Origin: Bythopirellula sp.
GTDB taxonomy: Bacteria; Planctomycetota; Planctomycetia; Pirellulales; Lacipirellulaceae
Direction: 5' to 3'
Assembly (NCBI GenBank): GCA_965216565.1
Contig: OZ244170.1
Coordinates: 2,816,001 to 2,880,000 of the forward strand
DNA: 64,000 bases
Shown in pieces: positions 27,108-37,428 of this stretch (positions within the stretch are counted from its first letter, which is position 1; every line of letters begins with the position of its first letter). The position numbers were made by a program, and so were the translations under genes. Under the pieces are notes generated by a model that saw nothing but the letters and a program-made list of their open reading frames with translations, was not told the DNA's origin and searched no databases.

Positions 27108-27995
27108 CTAGGTTGTTAGTGTCGCTGCGGGGCTACCGGCTTGGCGGAGAGTTTCGGCAAACCCTTGCAGGTGCTGCATCGAGTCGCAGTAGGCTGCAAA
27201 TTGCATCTGTTGGCGGACTTCTTCGGTAAGAGCTTTCCCACCCACCACGAAAGCAACATCGTCCGAGAACTCATCGTAGAGTGATTTGTATCCCGCTAAG
27301 AAATCTTCCTTAGAGTGCATATGGGAACTGCTCAACCAAAAGAGTCGAGGACGCTTCTCGCGGATGGCCGCAGCCAGGGTGTTGAATGGCAAATTCTCGC
27401 CCAGCGACACGGCATTCCAACCCGAGTCGCAAAGCACCAGTTCTGCCATGTGTGTGCCCAGGGCGTACTGATCTCCCGAAGCAGCGCCTCCTAGGGCTAA
27501 TGGGGCCGTTGGGGCAAGCGGAGGCAAGAGAGACCGCATTTCGTGAATGATTCGTAGCAGAACCTCGCACCCTCTCCTCTCTTGGTAGACTTCCGCTTCG
27601 CCGCATGACCAGCGATCGCCGATTTCATTGACTGCCTCGGCGAAGATATCATCGCAGATAACACTGATCGACTGACCCGCCAAATATAGATCCAGAGCAA
27701 TCTGCCAACAAACTGCCTGATCGCCTGCCAACAGAGCCTCACCAAACTGTTCTCGCGCGCGATGAACAACTCGTTCTGTCTGACCGCTCGTCGGTGGCAG
27801 ACCTAAAGCTTCGGGGGCAATCAGTTCGTGCTTGCTTTCGCGCAGGAAATCGACCAACGATGCCATCGCGATGCGACGATGTCCCCCGGCGGTGTACTGA
27901 GTCGAGATAACCCCTTTGTCGCACCATCGCTTGATGGAGGATTCGCTTACGTCGATGGCTCGGGAAACTTGCTTGGGCGTGTAAATGCTCTTCAT
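27108..27995 (-). CDS. MerR-type HTH plus cobalamin-binding-fold regulator, CarH/LitR-like
   Basis: VSESSIKRWCDKG..TAGGHRRI HTH; IGDRW four-helix cap; Rossmann segment GW.AVSLGENLP..LS..VVGG. Confidence 0.85.
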   Translation of the reverse strand: MKSIYTPKQVSRAIDVSESSIKRWCDKGVISTQYTAGGHRRIAMASLVDFLRESKHELIAPEALGLPPTSGQTERVVHRAREQFGEALLAGDQAVCWQIALDLYLAGQSISVICDDIFAEAVNEIGDRWSCGEAEVYQERRGCEVLLRIIHEMRSLLPPLAPTAPLALGGAASGDQYALGTHMAELVLCDSGWNAVSLGENLPFNTLAAAIREKRPRLFWLSSSHMHSKEDFLAGYKSLYDEFSDDVAFVVGGKALTEEVRQQMQFAAYCDSMQHLQGFAETLRQAGSPAATLTT

Positions 27996-28235
27996 ACCAA
28001 TTCCACATTGAACGTTTTGATTGTTTTAAAGATTCGATAGACGTTCGATCAGTTACTTAAGACTCTAGTGGCATTCTGCTTTTAGAGAAGTGCTCAAACC
28101 TAAATCACTATCCTATTTGGACTTGGAACAATCTGCAAAATTCTGAATGTTTTGAACGAATTTAGTCTTGCCTCGGGCCGATATACGGGAATAATGGGGC
28201 AAGAACGATTTGAACGAATTTTAACCGAGGTTCCC

Positions 28236-29201
28236 ATGCAAGCTACCATCACGAAAAGCTCACCGAAGAGTTCGAATTCCCCGAACTATTCAAGACATGG
28301 CGAGTCAGATTGCTCAGCCCGTCAACGAGCGGAAGAATTGTTGAGCAACGAAATCAGCTACATTCCAAGCAAAGAATTTAAAAAGCCAGGAATGACAACT
28401 GAAAGCCTCGACTATGAATCGATCGTTGAGGATGGATACAACGCCTCGGCACCCTCGGAATTGCCTGCTCACCTACGCAGAATGTGCGACACCTCTTTGT
28501 TAACTCACGAGCAGGAGCAGGTCCTTTTTAAAGAAATGAATTACCTGAAGTTCCGAGCCAATGTGCTCCGTTCACGGCTAGACCCCGACCAAGTCGATCA
28601 CTCCACTATCAGAGCGATCGATCGATTACTGGCTCAGGCACAATTGATTCAGGAGCATTTGATTAAGGCCAATATGCGGTTGGTGATGTCGATCGTTAAA
28701 AAGTATGTCACTCGTCAGCATTCTTTCGACGATCTACTCAGCGAAGGCACATTTACCTTGATGCAAGCTGTGGAAAAATTTGACTATTCCCGCGGGTTTA
28801 GGTTCAGTACCTATGCGTACCGATCAATCGTTCGTGGTATCTACCGACTGATTTCCCTATCTAACAAAGAAGAAGAGAAGGTAACCTTCGTGGCCGAAGA
28901 CTGGCCATTTGAGTCAGAAGCTGGGAGCTCACAATCCTCTATGGCCGACGATGTTTGGAGCCATCTAAGCACTTTGACCTCCGAAATGGTTCAAAAGCTC
29001 GATCGGCGCGAACGACTAATTATCCGAAGTCGTTACGCTTTGGGATCGCATCGCAAAGTAACGACCTTCCAGGCACTTGCTGACAAATTGGGAGTTTCCA
29101 AGGAACGGGTTCGCCAACTTGAACAGCGTGCTGTAAGTAAACTTCGCTCGATGGCGTCCAAATTCGAACAGGACGAATTGTTCGGCGCTGCAATGGTCTA
29201 G
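28236..29201 (+). CDS. RNA polymerase sigma-70 family factor
   Basis: ANMRLVMSIVKKY, AVEKFDYSRGFRFSTYAY, LGVSKERVRQLEQRA; GAGG before ATG 28236. Confidence 0.93.
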   Translation: MQATITKSSPKSSNSPNYSRHGESDCSARQRAEELLSNEISYIPSKEFKKPGMTTESLDYESIVEDGYNASAPSELPAHLRRMCDTSLLTHEQEQVLFKEMNYLKFRANVLRSRLDPDQVDHSTIRAIDRLLAQAQLIQEHLIKANMRLVMSIVKKYVTRQHSFDDLLSEGTFTLMQAVEKFDYSRGFRFSTYAYRSIVRGIYRLISLSNKEEEKVTFVAEDWPFESEAGSSQSSMADDVWSHLSTLTSEMVQKLDRRERLIIRSRYALGSHRKVTTFQALADKLGVSKERVRQLEQRAVSKLRSMASKFEQDELFGAAMV

Positions 29202-29643
29202 CATTGGCGTCACTCAACTACAGTGGCTGGCTTCGTGAAAACTCCCCTCCCCAAAGCCGTTTTCTTGCATCCCCAGCAAACAAGAAACGGTTATTCGAGG
29301 CCAGCCACTCCTATCTCTCCCATGCCCCCGTCAAATTTTCAACTGGATTCAGACTGCCGCACTGTCTGTTGCACCATTGTTGGCCCAAGTAACCTGGAAT
29401 AGTGCCGCTTTTTGACTCAGATTCGGGAGTTTTCGGGCTTCGTCTAATCCGTGGAGTTCCTGAGTAGATTCCACAGATTTGTGGTTCGATACGTACTCTT
29501 GGGTTAGAATGGAAGTCAATTAGAGGCTTTCAAATCTTAATTTCTATGGCATGTTCGGCAGTGCGCAGAGAGTCTGAGCCGTCGCCCTGCATCCATGCTC
29601 TCTTTTCATACGCTTTCTCTTCGCATTGTTTCCGGAGCACGAG

Positions 29644-32600
29644 ATGCGGCTATCAACTTGGACACGGAACTTCTCTAGGCAGATTACGAAAACCAGCTTG
29701 CGCTTCGAGTGCCTGGAAGATCGCTATCTCTTGAGCGCGGTGCGGTTGGTTAGTTGGAATGCGCTAAACGGTCCCAACGACGGCAGTTCCGACGCAAACT
29801 TTTCTACGATCCTGTCAGCCATCGGCAACGAGACCGTTCAGGGGAACACCCGACCCGTCGACATCTTAGCGCTCCAGGAAACCGATGTTCCAGGTGCAGG
29901 AGATGATTCCATCGGCCGCATCGAGAGTATTCTGGATACTCTCTATCCTGGAACTGACTATGCTTCGGCCGTCTCGACGGTCGATGGCGGCGGAGACCAC
30001 ACTGGCTTTGTCTACGATACTTCCACCGTATCGTTGATGGAAACGGTAGAGATCGATCCAGGGGTTCACAACATTCTCCGCGGGTTGTTTCGGCCAACCG
30101 GTACGGCTGGCGAAAGCGATTTCTACGTTTACACAGTCCACTTGGTTTCAAGTGGCGGAGCTGCGGCGCGGGCGGTGGAAGCCCAGATTCTTCGCAACGA
30201 TGCCGACGCCCTGGGTGAAGGGGCGAATATCCTGATGGTGGGCGACTTCAATATGGAGGGGAGCTCCGAAGGGGCCTGGACGAACTTGCTAGCCGCTGGG
30301 GCGGGGCAACTGCAAGATGTAGGCGATGCTCCTGGAGAGTGGAGCGAGGATGCGTCGTTCCGTAGCGTGCACACGCAAGACCCCATGGGCAACATGGACG
30401 ATCGCTTCGATATCCACTTTGCCTCTGGTGAGTTCTATGACGGCGTGGGGATCGATTACATCGACGGATCGTATCATGTGTTTGGAAACAATGGCACGCA
30501 CACGCTAGGTGGATCGATTACCACGGGCAGCGGTGCCAGTCCGGCGGTGCTCTCTGCACTAGCGGCGGCGAGCGACCATTTGCCCGTTGTCGCTGATTAC
30601 GACGTGATTACCTCGACGCCGAACGTCCGCATCCGAGAAACGGGCGACTCGACGAAAGTGATCGAAGGCGGTGACTTCGACATCTATACAGTCGTGCTCG
30701 ATACCGTGCCGAGCGCGAATGTCACCGTCACCATTAGCCCCGACTTGCAACTCGATACCGGTGGTGGGGCGGGCATCTCTACACAACTAGTCTTCACGCC
30801 CGGCAATGCCCTGACGCCCCAGACGGTGATTGTCTCTGCAGCCAACGACGCCGCTAACGAAATGGATCACACGGGGTTCATCACTCACTCGTCGTCCAGT
30901 TCCGATTTGGATTACGATGCCCTGGCGATTGACTCGGTGACTGCCGATATCGTGGACGACGACGATCCCAAGATTTTGATCAATGAGATCGATTCCGACA
31001 CGGCCGGTGTCGATATGCTTGAGTTTGTCGAACTCTACGACGGCGGCGTTGGGAACAGTTCCCTCGATGGCAAAACGCTGGTCTTCTTCGACGGTTCCGA
31101 CGACGAGGCCTCCCGAGTGATCAGCCTCACTGGCTTCTCGACCGATGCCAATGGATTTTTTGTTGCCGGGAATTCAGGGGTGGCTTCCGCCGATGTGACC
31201 TTTCCCAATGGTGGCCTGGGCAATGGGGCCGATGCGGTGGCACTGTATGACGGCAGCTTTTCGGTGAACGATCCGGTGACGACCACCAACCTGCTCGATG
31301 CCATAGTGTACGACACCGACGATGCGGATGACGCGGGGCTATTGGTCCTGCTCGAAGCCTCGCAGCCACAGGTAAACGAAAATGAGAACGGCGACTCCGA
31401 CATCGAATCGCTATCGCGGGTGCCCGATCTTGGCAATGCACGCGAAACTGATACTTATGTCGCGCAGACGCCGACTCCAGATGCTCTGAATTCTCCACCG
31501 CCCGCTGGAGTAACAATCTTCCAAAGTGCATCGCGTGTGGATGTCTCCGAGGACGGTCAGACGGATAGCTATCAAATCGCGCTCGACACGTTCCCTACAA
31601 ACGACGTCATGATCACCGTGGACCCTGACGATCAAACCGATCTCGGGGCGGGTGCGGGAGTGGCGATTGTTCTCACATTCACCTCAGCCAATGGGATTGT
31701 CCCGCAAACGGTCAACGTGACCGCGGTCGATGACATGGATGCCGAGGGAGATCACACTTCGATCATCACTCATACTGCTTCGAGCATCGACAGCAACTAC
31801 AACAGCATTGTGATTGGCAACATCGTGGCGAATGTTGTGGACAATGAAGTGATTATCCCTGCTGAGCTTGTGATCAGCGAGATCATGTACAACCCTGATA
31901 CTGCTGAGACCGGCGATTCGCCCGAGTGGATAGAGGTCGCGAATATCGGCGGTTCTACGGCTGATTTGGCGGGATGGTTTTTCGACGACGAAGATGGAGG
32001 AAGTTGGGGTTCCTTCCCCAGCGGAACGCTGCTCGCACCCGGTCAAACAGCGGTCTTCTTCGACATCGACATCACCGAATCTGTTTTTCGTAGTGAATGG
32101 TCGGTTCCCACCAATGCACTTGTGGTGGGAATTAGTTGGGCGGGGCTTGCCAACAGCCCAAGTCCGACTGACGAAATCTTGGAGTTGATTGATAACGAGG
32201 GTTCGCCGGTCGACCTGGTCAACTACGACGATGCCAATGGCTGGCCCTCCGATTCCCCGGATGGACCTAGTATCTATCTTTCCGACCTGACAACCGACAA
32301 CAACGTCGGCACGAATTGGGCCCGATCGCAAGTGGGTGTCGATGCGGCCATCAATCCTTCTGGCCCAACTTTTTCAACTACCGATGTGGGCTCACCCGGA
32401 CTGCTACCCCAGTCGGCTGACTTCGATTTTAGCGGCACCGTCGACGGGCTCGACTTCCTGGCCTGGCAAATTGGCTTTGGTACCGCGGCGCCCGCGGCGC
32501 TGAAGGTGGATGGTGATGCCGATAGCGACCTCGACGTCGATTCTGCGGACCTCGCATTCTGGGAAACTGATTACGGGACAATCTCGGGCGTTGCGGCACT

Positions 32601-32919
32601 ATCAGCAGCGATCAGCACTCCGCCGCCTCAACCCGTTACCAGCGCAGTCAGCGGGGCCTTGCTGCCGAGCATTGGTAACGATGTGTTGTTGGCTCTGCCG
32701 ATGGCTGCCGAAGCTGAAACTACGGAGCCAGCAGCAGATTCGAATCCGTCTACCTCGGTCTCCTTGAGCGCAACCGATGAGGCTCTCGCAGCAAACTTGA
32801 CATCCGCTTCGCCACTTGATGAAGAAATTTCATTGATCCTCGAATCCGATGAAGTGGAAGACGAGAATTCGGACAATGTTTTCGCAGAGTGGGATGAACT
32901 GGCGTTGGTTGTTTCCTAG
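29644..32919 (+). CDS. Extracellular endonuclease/exonuclease/phosphatase protein with Calx-beta-like, lamin-tail and dockerin-like domains
   Basis: LRFECLEDRYLLS signal; SWNA, DILALQE, GDFN, SDHLPV; INEIDSD and ISEIMYNP; ADFDFSGTVDGLDFLAWQ. Confidence 0.85.
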   Translation: MRLSTWTRNFSRQITKTSLRFECLEDRYLLSAVRLVSWNALNGPNDGSSDANFSTILSAIGNETVQGNTRPVDILALQETDVPGAGDDSIGRIESILDTLYPGTDYASAVSTVDGGGDHTGFVYDTSTVSLMETVEIDPGVHNILRGLFRPTGTAGESDFYVYTVHLVSSGGAAARAVEAQILRNDADALGEGANILMVGDFNMEGSSEGAWTNLLAAGAGQLQDVGDAPGEWSEDASFRSVHTQDPMGNMDDRFDIHFASGEFYDGVGIDYIDGSYHVFGNNGTHTLGGSITTGSGASPAVLSALAAASDHLPVVADYDVITSTPNVRIRETGDSTKVIEGGDFDIYTVVLDTVPSANVTVTISPDLQLDTGGGAGISTQLVFTPGNALTPQTVIVSAANDAANEMDHTGFITHSSSSSDLDYDALAIDSVTADIVDDDDPKILINEIDSDTAGVDMLEFVELYDGGVGNSSLDGKTLVFFDGSDDEASRVISLTGFSTDANGFFVAGNSGVASADVTFPNGGLGNGADAVALYDGSFSVNDPVTTTNLLDAIVYDTDDADDAGLLVLLEASQPQVNENENGDSDIESLSRVPDLGNARETDTYVAQTPTPDALNSPPPAGVTIFQSASRVDVSEDGQTDSYQIALDTFPTNDVMITVDPDDQTDLGAGAGVAIVLTFTSANGIVPQTVNVTAVDDMDAEGDHTSIITHTASSIDSNYNSIVIGNIVANVVDNEVIIPAELVISEIMYNPDTAETGDSPEWIEVANIGGSTADLAGWFFDDEDGGSWGSFPSGTLLAPGQTAVFFDIDITESVFRSEWSVPTNALVVGISWAGLANSPSPTDEILELIDNEGSPVDLVNYDDANGWPSDSPDGPSIYLSDLTTDNNVGTNWARSQVGVDAAINPSGPTFSTTDVGSPGLLPQSADFDFSGTVDGLDFLAWQIGFGTAAPAALKVDGDADSDLDVDSADLAFWETDYGTISGVAALSAAISTPPPQPVTSAVSGALLPSIGNDVLLALPMAAEAETTEPAADSNPSTSVSLSATDEALAANLTSASPLDEEISLILESDEVEDENSDNVFAEWDELALVVS

Positions 32920-32987
32920 ACGAAGCTCGACTATTCTAAATTTAGAATTCAGTTCGCCCGTCGCACCACGCAACATCCTCCCCATTT

Positions 32988-33674
32988 ATGATCCAAAGCC
33001 CTGCCTATTGTCGGCCTGATGCGTTTGAGATGTTCTCGAACCAATTGCCACACATCGAGGGTGCCGTCGGATTGTTTCGTGCTGCGTTTGCCATTTCGCT
33101 GCACGAGCGACCCGAAGTGCAATTGAGCGAAACCGAGACGGCAATTGAGAATCTTGTCCAGGCGGTGCGCAGCCGTGCCAAGTCGGGCTCGCAACAAGCG
33201 CTATTGGCTCATCTGCACGATGTGTTATTCGACGTGCTCGACCTGGGTGGCAACCGAGAGGACTATTACAACCCGGCCAACAGTTACCTCTCGGAGGTCT
33301 TGCAGTCTCGACGCGGTATCCCTATTTCGCTGGTGCTCGTTTACAAACGAGTTGCCGAACCGCTGGGACTTACTGTTCATGGGGTCAACGCCCCGGGGCA
33401 CTTCCTGGCAGAGGTGGAACTTTCCGGGCCTGCTGGCGTCGAAACTATGTATGTCGACCCTTTTTTTGGCGGGGTTGTTCTCGATCGAGAAGAGATGATG
33501 CTACGTGTTGTCGAGGCAACTGGCAGGCCGCTGAGGCCGGGAACCGATGTGTTCGTCCGTGCTTCTGCCCGTGATTGGCTGAGTCGTATGCTAAACAACC
33601 TGCAAGCATCGTTTGCCGCCGCCGGCAACGAACGCAATGTGTGCGCGATGGAAGAGCTGCGTGGTTTGCTGTAG
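32988..33674 (+). CDS. SirB1/transglutaminase-like domain protein
   Basis: GNREDYYNPANSYLSEVLQSRRGIPISL, GVNAPGHFL, YVDPF, RMLNNL. Confidence 0.85.
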   Translation: MIQSPAYCRPDAFEMFSNQLPHIEGAVGLFRAAFAISLHERPEVQLSETETAIENLVQAVRSRAKSGSQQALLAHLHDVLFDVLDLGGNREDYYNPANSYLSEVLQSRRGIPISLVLVYKRVAEPLGLTVHGVNAPGHFLAEVELSGPAGVETMYVDPFFGGVVLDREEMMLRVVEATGRPLRPGTDVFVRASARDWLSRMLNNLQASFAAAGNERNVCAMEELRGLL

Positions 33675-33846
33675 GTGCTTCTCCAGGCAGATTTACGCCA
33701 GCTGACCACGGATAGTTCGAATACTGGTAGTCTTGTTTTCTGAAGAAGGTTTCTTCGAGTAAAATTTATAAAAGCAACTCTTCTAAATTCGTACCGATTC
33801 GCACAATTCGTGGTCTCCCAAAACCTGAACGAGAAAGACAGTTAGT

Positions 33847-35673
33847 TTGATTCGAGTTTTTCACCTATTACTGTTGAGTTTGTTTGGGATTGTCATGCTG
33901 CTAGTTGATTCGCAGCCGGGCAGTGCCGAGGTTACTGTGTTTTCGAATCGGACTCGTCAGAAACTGGTCGTCACCGTTTTGACCGAGGGCAACTCGGCTG
34001 CGCCCCTGGAACTTGACATCGGCGAATCACGGGCCGTGTTCTATCGCAGCCAACTACGCGTTAGCTACGAAAAGAACGCGGTGGGCAAGAGCGTCGAGGT
34101 TCAGCCCAAAAGCGCGTACTTTTTCACGCGAGGTCCCCAGGGCACCGATACTTTACGGATGGAGCAAATCGGTTTTGGAAAAAACAAACCGCAGGCCAGC
34201 CCACTAGCCCCAGTTCGCCTCGGCAACCAAGAAGACAGAACCACGATCACCGTCAAGATTGTCGTAGATGACGACGAGCCAACGCATCGTCGGATTTGGG
34301 AGGGCAAGCTCCGCAATCGGATCTCCGAGGCATCGGCTTTGCTATCTCGCCATTGTGGAATCAAATTGCAGGTCGTCGCGGTTGAAACGTGGGACTCCGA
34401 CGATCGACAGCACGACTTCCAACGCTCGATGCGGGAGTTCGAGCGCGAAGTGGTCCCCGCTCCCGCTCAGTTGGCGATCGGATTTAGTAGCCAGTACAAA
34501 GTCAACTCCAGCCGTCATCATGTGGGGGGATCGCGGGGCGTGCTCTATCCCTACATCATGCTCAAAGAAAGATCGCCAAAAACACTGGACCGAGAACGCC
34601 TAGAACTATTGCTCCACGAACTGGGCCACTATCTCGGTGCGTCGCACAGCCCCGAACCACAGAGCATCATGCGGCCTTTGCTCACCAGCAGTGTCCAACG
34701 CCAAGCGGGATCGCGTGTGCAGTACGATCCGGTGAACACGCTGCTGATGGCGATGGTGGCCGATGAAATTCGGAATCGAAATATAAAAAGCCTGCCCCAA
34801 GTCTCGCGGCCTACCAAGCTCCGAATGCAAGAGATTTATACAGTGCTTGCCCGGGCGCTCCCAAAGGATCCGGCTGCCGGACAATTCTTGCAAATGCTGG
34901 GGGTTTCCAGTTTACCTGCGAACGTGCACAAGAAAGTGAAAACCCAAGATCGCACGCTCTCGAGGAATGCATCGAGAGTTCTCAATTCAGTAGTGTCCGC
35001 GGTCGAGGCTCGACGACCCAAAGTTGCCGAGGGGGAAGCAGTGCGTTGGTACGAAGGCGACGACTTAACACAGTTCTACGTCCGCCGAGCAGCGTTATCT
35101 GCCCTGCAATTCGATCCAGAGGACTCGGGCCGAGTGTATCTCATCGCTTTAGGCATATTCATGGATCGCCCGGGGGCCCTGCAAAAGCTGCCGGTGACGG
35201 CCCCGCTGGTGAAGGAAGTCGAAGCTGAGCACATACGCAAGCGTCGACTGGAGGTCTTAGGGAAGCCAACAATTCACGACCGCCATGATCTGGCACTGCA
35301 CTTCTTCTTGTCTGCCTATCTCACGGCAACGTTTGGAGCCGACGCCGCTTACAACTTGGGCATTGCCAAGGAATTGTCCGACTCGAACGGCGGCAGTGGG
35401 TTTAGCTTTGCCGATTTGGCGGCGGATCGTGCAGGAGTCGAATTTGCCAAACAAGTCTCGTCGGGGCAAGTTTCTTTGGGCACGCTGAGTGAAAATTTTA
35501 CCGTGTCCGACTACATGCCTTCGATCGATGGCCTGGCGGAGGGAATCCAGCAAGAGGAATTCCAAAAGCAGTTCGGAGACATCAAAGGGGAAGCGTTCAA
35601 AGAGCGGCTTGCCGAAATTGAGCAGCTTGTGCTTGAGCTGCCCGGATATCGGAATCCCACGACGAATAATTAG
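33847..35673 (+). CDS. Secreted metzincin metallopeptidase with C-terminal YfiM/DUF2279-like domain
   Basis: Signal peptide; HELGHYLGASH plus Met-turn SIMRP; DLALHFFLSA..KELSD..GSGFSFADLAADRAG. Confidence 0.7.
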   Translation: MIRVFHLLLLSLFGIVMLLVDSQPGSAEVTVFSNRTRQKLVVTVLTEGNSAAPLELDIGESRAVFYRSQLRVSYEKNAVGKSVEVQPKSAYFFTRGPQGTDTLRMEQIGFGKNKPQASPLAPVRLGNQEDRTTITVKIVVDDDEPTHRRIWEGKLRNRISEASALLSRHCGIKLQVVAVETWDSDDRQHDFQRSMREFEREVVPAPAQLAIGFSSQYKVNSSRHHVGGSRGVLYPYIMLKERSPKTLDRERLELLLHELGHYLGASHSPEPQSIMRPLLTSSVQRQAGSRVQYDPVNTLLMAMVADEIRNRNIKSLPQVSRPTKLRMQEIYTVLARALPKDPAAGQFLQMLGVSSLPANVHKKVKTQDRTLSRNASRVLNSVVSAVEARRPKVAEGEAVRWYEGDDLTQFYVRRAALSALQFDPEDSGRVYLIALGIFMDRPGALQKLPVTAPLVKEVEAEHIRKRRLEVLGKPTIHDRHDLALHFFLSAYLTATFGADAAYNLGIAKELSDSNGGSGFSFADLAADRAGVEFAKQVSSGQVSLGTLSENFTVSDYMPSIDGLAEGIQQEEFQKQFGDIKGEAFKERLAEIEQLVLELPGYRNPTTNN

Positions 35674-35920
35674 CCGTCGAATTCTTCGCTCGCCTTGCTT
35701 TTCGCTCCGCTCTTCGCTCGAACCTCGTATGTCACATGCATGGAGATTTTGTATTTCTCCTTGAGTTTCTTTGAGTCTATGTGGCCCCCTGTCTTTGCTT
35801 CGGGTGCTAGCCGATTGTGACTGAGGCCCTGCGTCGATAGAATGAGGGGCTTGCTCCTGGCGAATTTTATCAGCGATAGCAATGACTCACGTGACACGAT
35901 TATCGAAGGACAATTCTTTC

Positions 35921-37360
35921 ATGAGTGGCGACTGCGATTTTGGATTGATCGGGCTAGCCGTAATGGGCGAGAACCTGGCTCTAAATGTAGAGAGTCGTGG
36001 ATATCGCGTTGCAGTCAACAACCGAACCACGTCGAAGGTCGACGAGTTTATGTCGGGTCGCGCCAGCGGCAAGAACTTTGTGGGCTGCCATACGTTAGAT
36101 GAACTAGTCGCGGCCCTGAAGCCACCTCGTAAAGTGATGATGATGGTAAAAGCGGGACCTGCCGTTGACGCATTGATCGAAACTCTCGCACCCCTGCTTT
36201 CACCCGGCGACATACTTATCGACGGCGGCAACACTTTTTACGCAGACACGGAACGCCGCACGAAAGAGGTCGAGGCCAAAGGCCTCTTGTATTGTGGCAC
36301 TGGCGTTTCTGGGGGCGAGGAAGGTGCCCTGTTGGGGCCCAGTATGATGCCTGGTGGCAGCCCCGATAGCTGGGAACCCCTGAAGCCGATCTTTCAATCC
36401 ATCGCCGCCAAGGTTGGTCCCAACAACGACATCCCGTGCTGCGAATGGGTCGGCCCCCGCGGTGCCGGCCATTACGTGAAGATGGTCCACAACGGCATCG
36501 AATATGGCGACATGCAATTGATTTGCGAGGCCTACTTTCTGATGAAAGAAGCTCTGGGCCTCGACAACGATGAACTCTATACGGTGTTTAACGAGTGGAA
36601 TCAGGGCGAGCTCGATAGCTACTTGATCGAAATCACCCGCGACATCTTCAGTGTGAAAGACGAAGAGGCGGGAGGTTACCTAGTCGACAAGATTATGGAC
36701 AAAGCTGGGGCCAAGGGGACTGGCAAATGGATGAGCCAATTGGCTCTCGATTTGGGCGTGCCTAGCACTCTAGTGACCGAAGCCGTGTATGCCCGCGCTC
36801 TATCGGCTGCCAAAGATGCACGTGTTCGCGCGAGCAAGGTTCTCGCAGGTCCGCCAAGTACCTACGATGGCGATCGAAAGCAGTTCATCGATCAAATTCG
36901 GCAAGCGCTTTATGCTTCGAAGATTTGCAGTTATGCGCAGGGATTTGTGCAGCTACAAGCGGCAGCAATCGAGCACGATTGGCCGCTGAACTTTGGCGAC
37001 TGTGCGTTGCTTTGGCGTGGTGGCTGTATCATCCGTGCGGTCTTCCTCGATCGTATTAAGGAGGCCTTCGATGCCGATCCGAAGCTGGAAAACTTGCTGC
37101 TCGCGCCATACTTTCAGAAAGCGGTGGCCGAGGCCCAGGATAGCTGGCGGCATGTAGTGGCGACCGCGGCCAAACTGGGAATTCCCACGCCTGCGTTCTC
37201 CGCAGCGCTGGCCTACTACGATGGCTACCGACGCGAGCGCTTGCCCGCGAATCTACTCCAAGCCCAACGCGATTACTTTGGTGCCCACACCTTCGAGCGA
37301 CTCGATAAAGAGGGCAGCTTCCATGCTGAGTGGCTTGATTTGCGCCGGAAGCCCGAATAG
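35921..37360 (+). CDS. gnd: 6-phosphogluconate dehydrogenase (NADP, decarboxylating)
   Basis: GLIGLAVMGENLALN, GVSGGEEGA, KMVHNGIEYGDMQ, KGTGKW, QAQRDYFGAHT. Confidence 0.98.
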   Translation: MSGDCDFGLIGLAVMGENLALNVESRGYRVAVNNRTTSKVDEFMSGRASGKNFVGCHTLDELVAALKPPRKVMMMVKAGPAVDALIETLAPLLSPGDILIDGGNTFYADTERRTKEVEAKGLLYCGTGVSGGEEGALLGPSMMPGGSPDSWEPLKPIFQSIAAKVGPNNDIPCCEWVGPRGAGHYVKMVHNGIEYGDMQLICEAYFLMKEALGLDNDELYTVFNEWNQGELDSYLIEITRDIFSVKDEEAGGYLVDKIMDKAGAKGTGKWMSQLALDLGVPSTLVTEAVYARALSAAKDARVRASKVLAGPPSTYDGDRKQFIDQIRQALYASKICSYAQGFVQLQAAAIEHDWPLNFGDCALLWRGGCIIRAVFLDRIKEAFDADPKLENLLLAPYFQKAVAEAQDSWRHVVATAAKLGIPTPAFSAALAYYDGYRRERLPANLLQAQRDYFGAHTFERLDKEGSFHAEWLDLRRKPE

Positions 37361-37428
37361 TCGAACGCTACCCTGTTTTTTCGATGCTGCCAGCCTTTAC
37401 GCCTGCCTTGTTTTAGGGAACTCCACTC

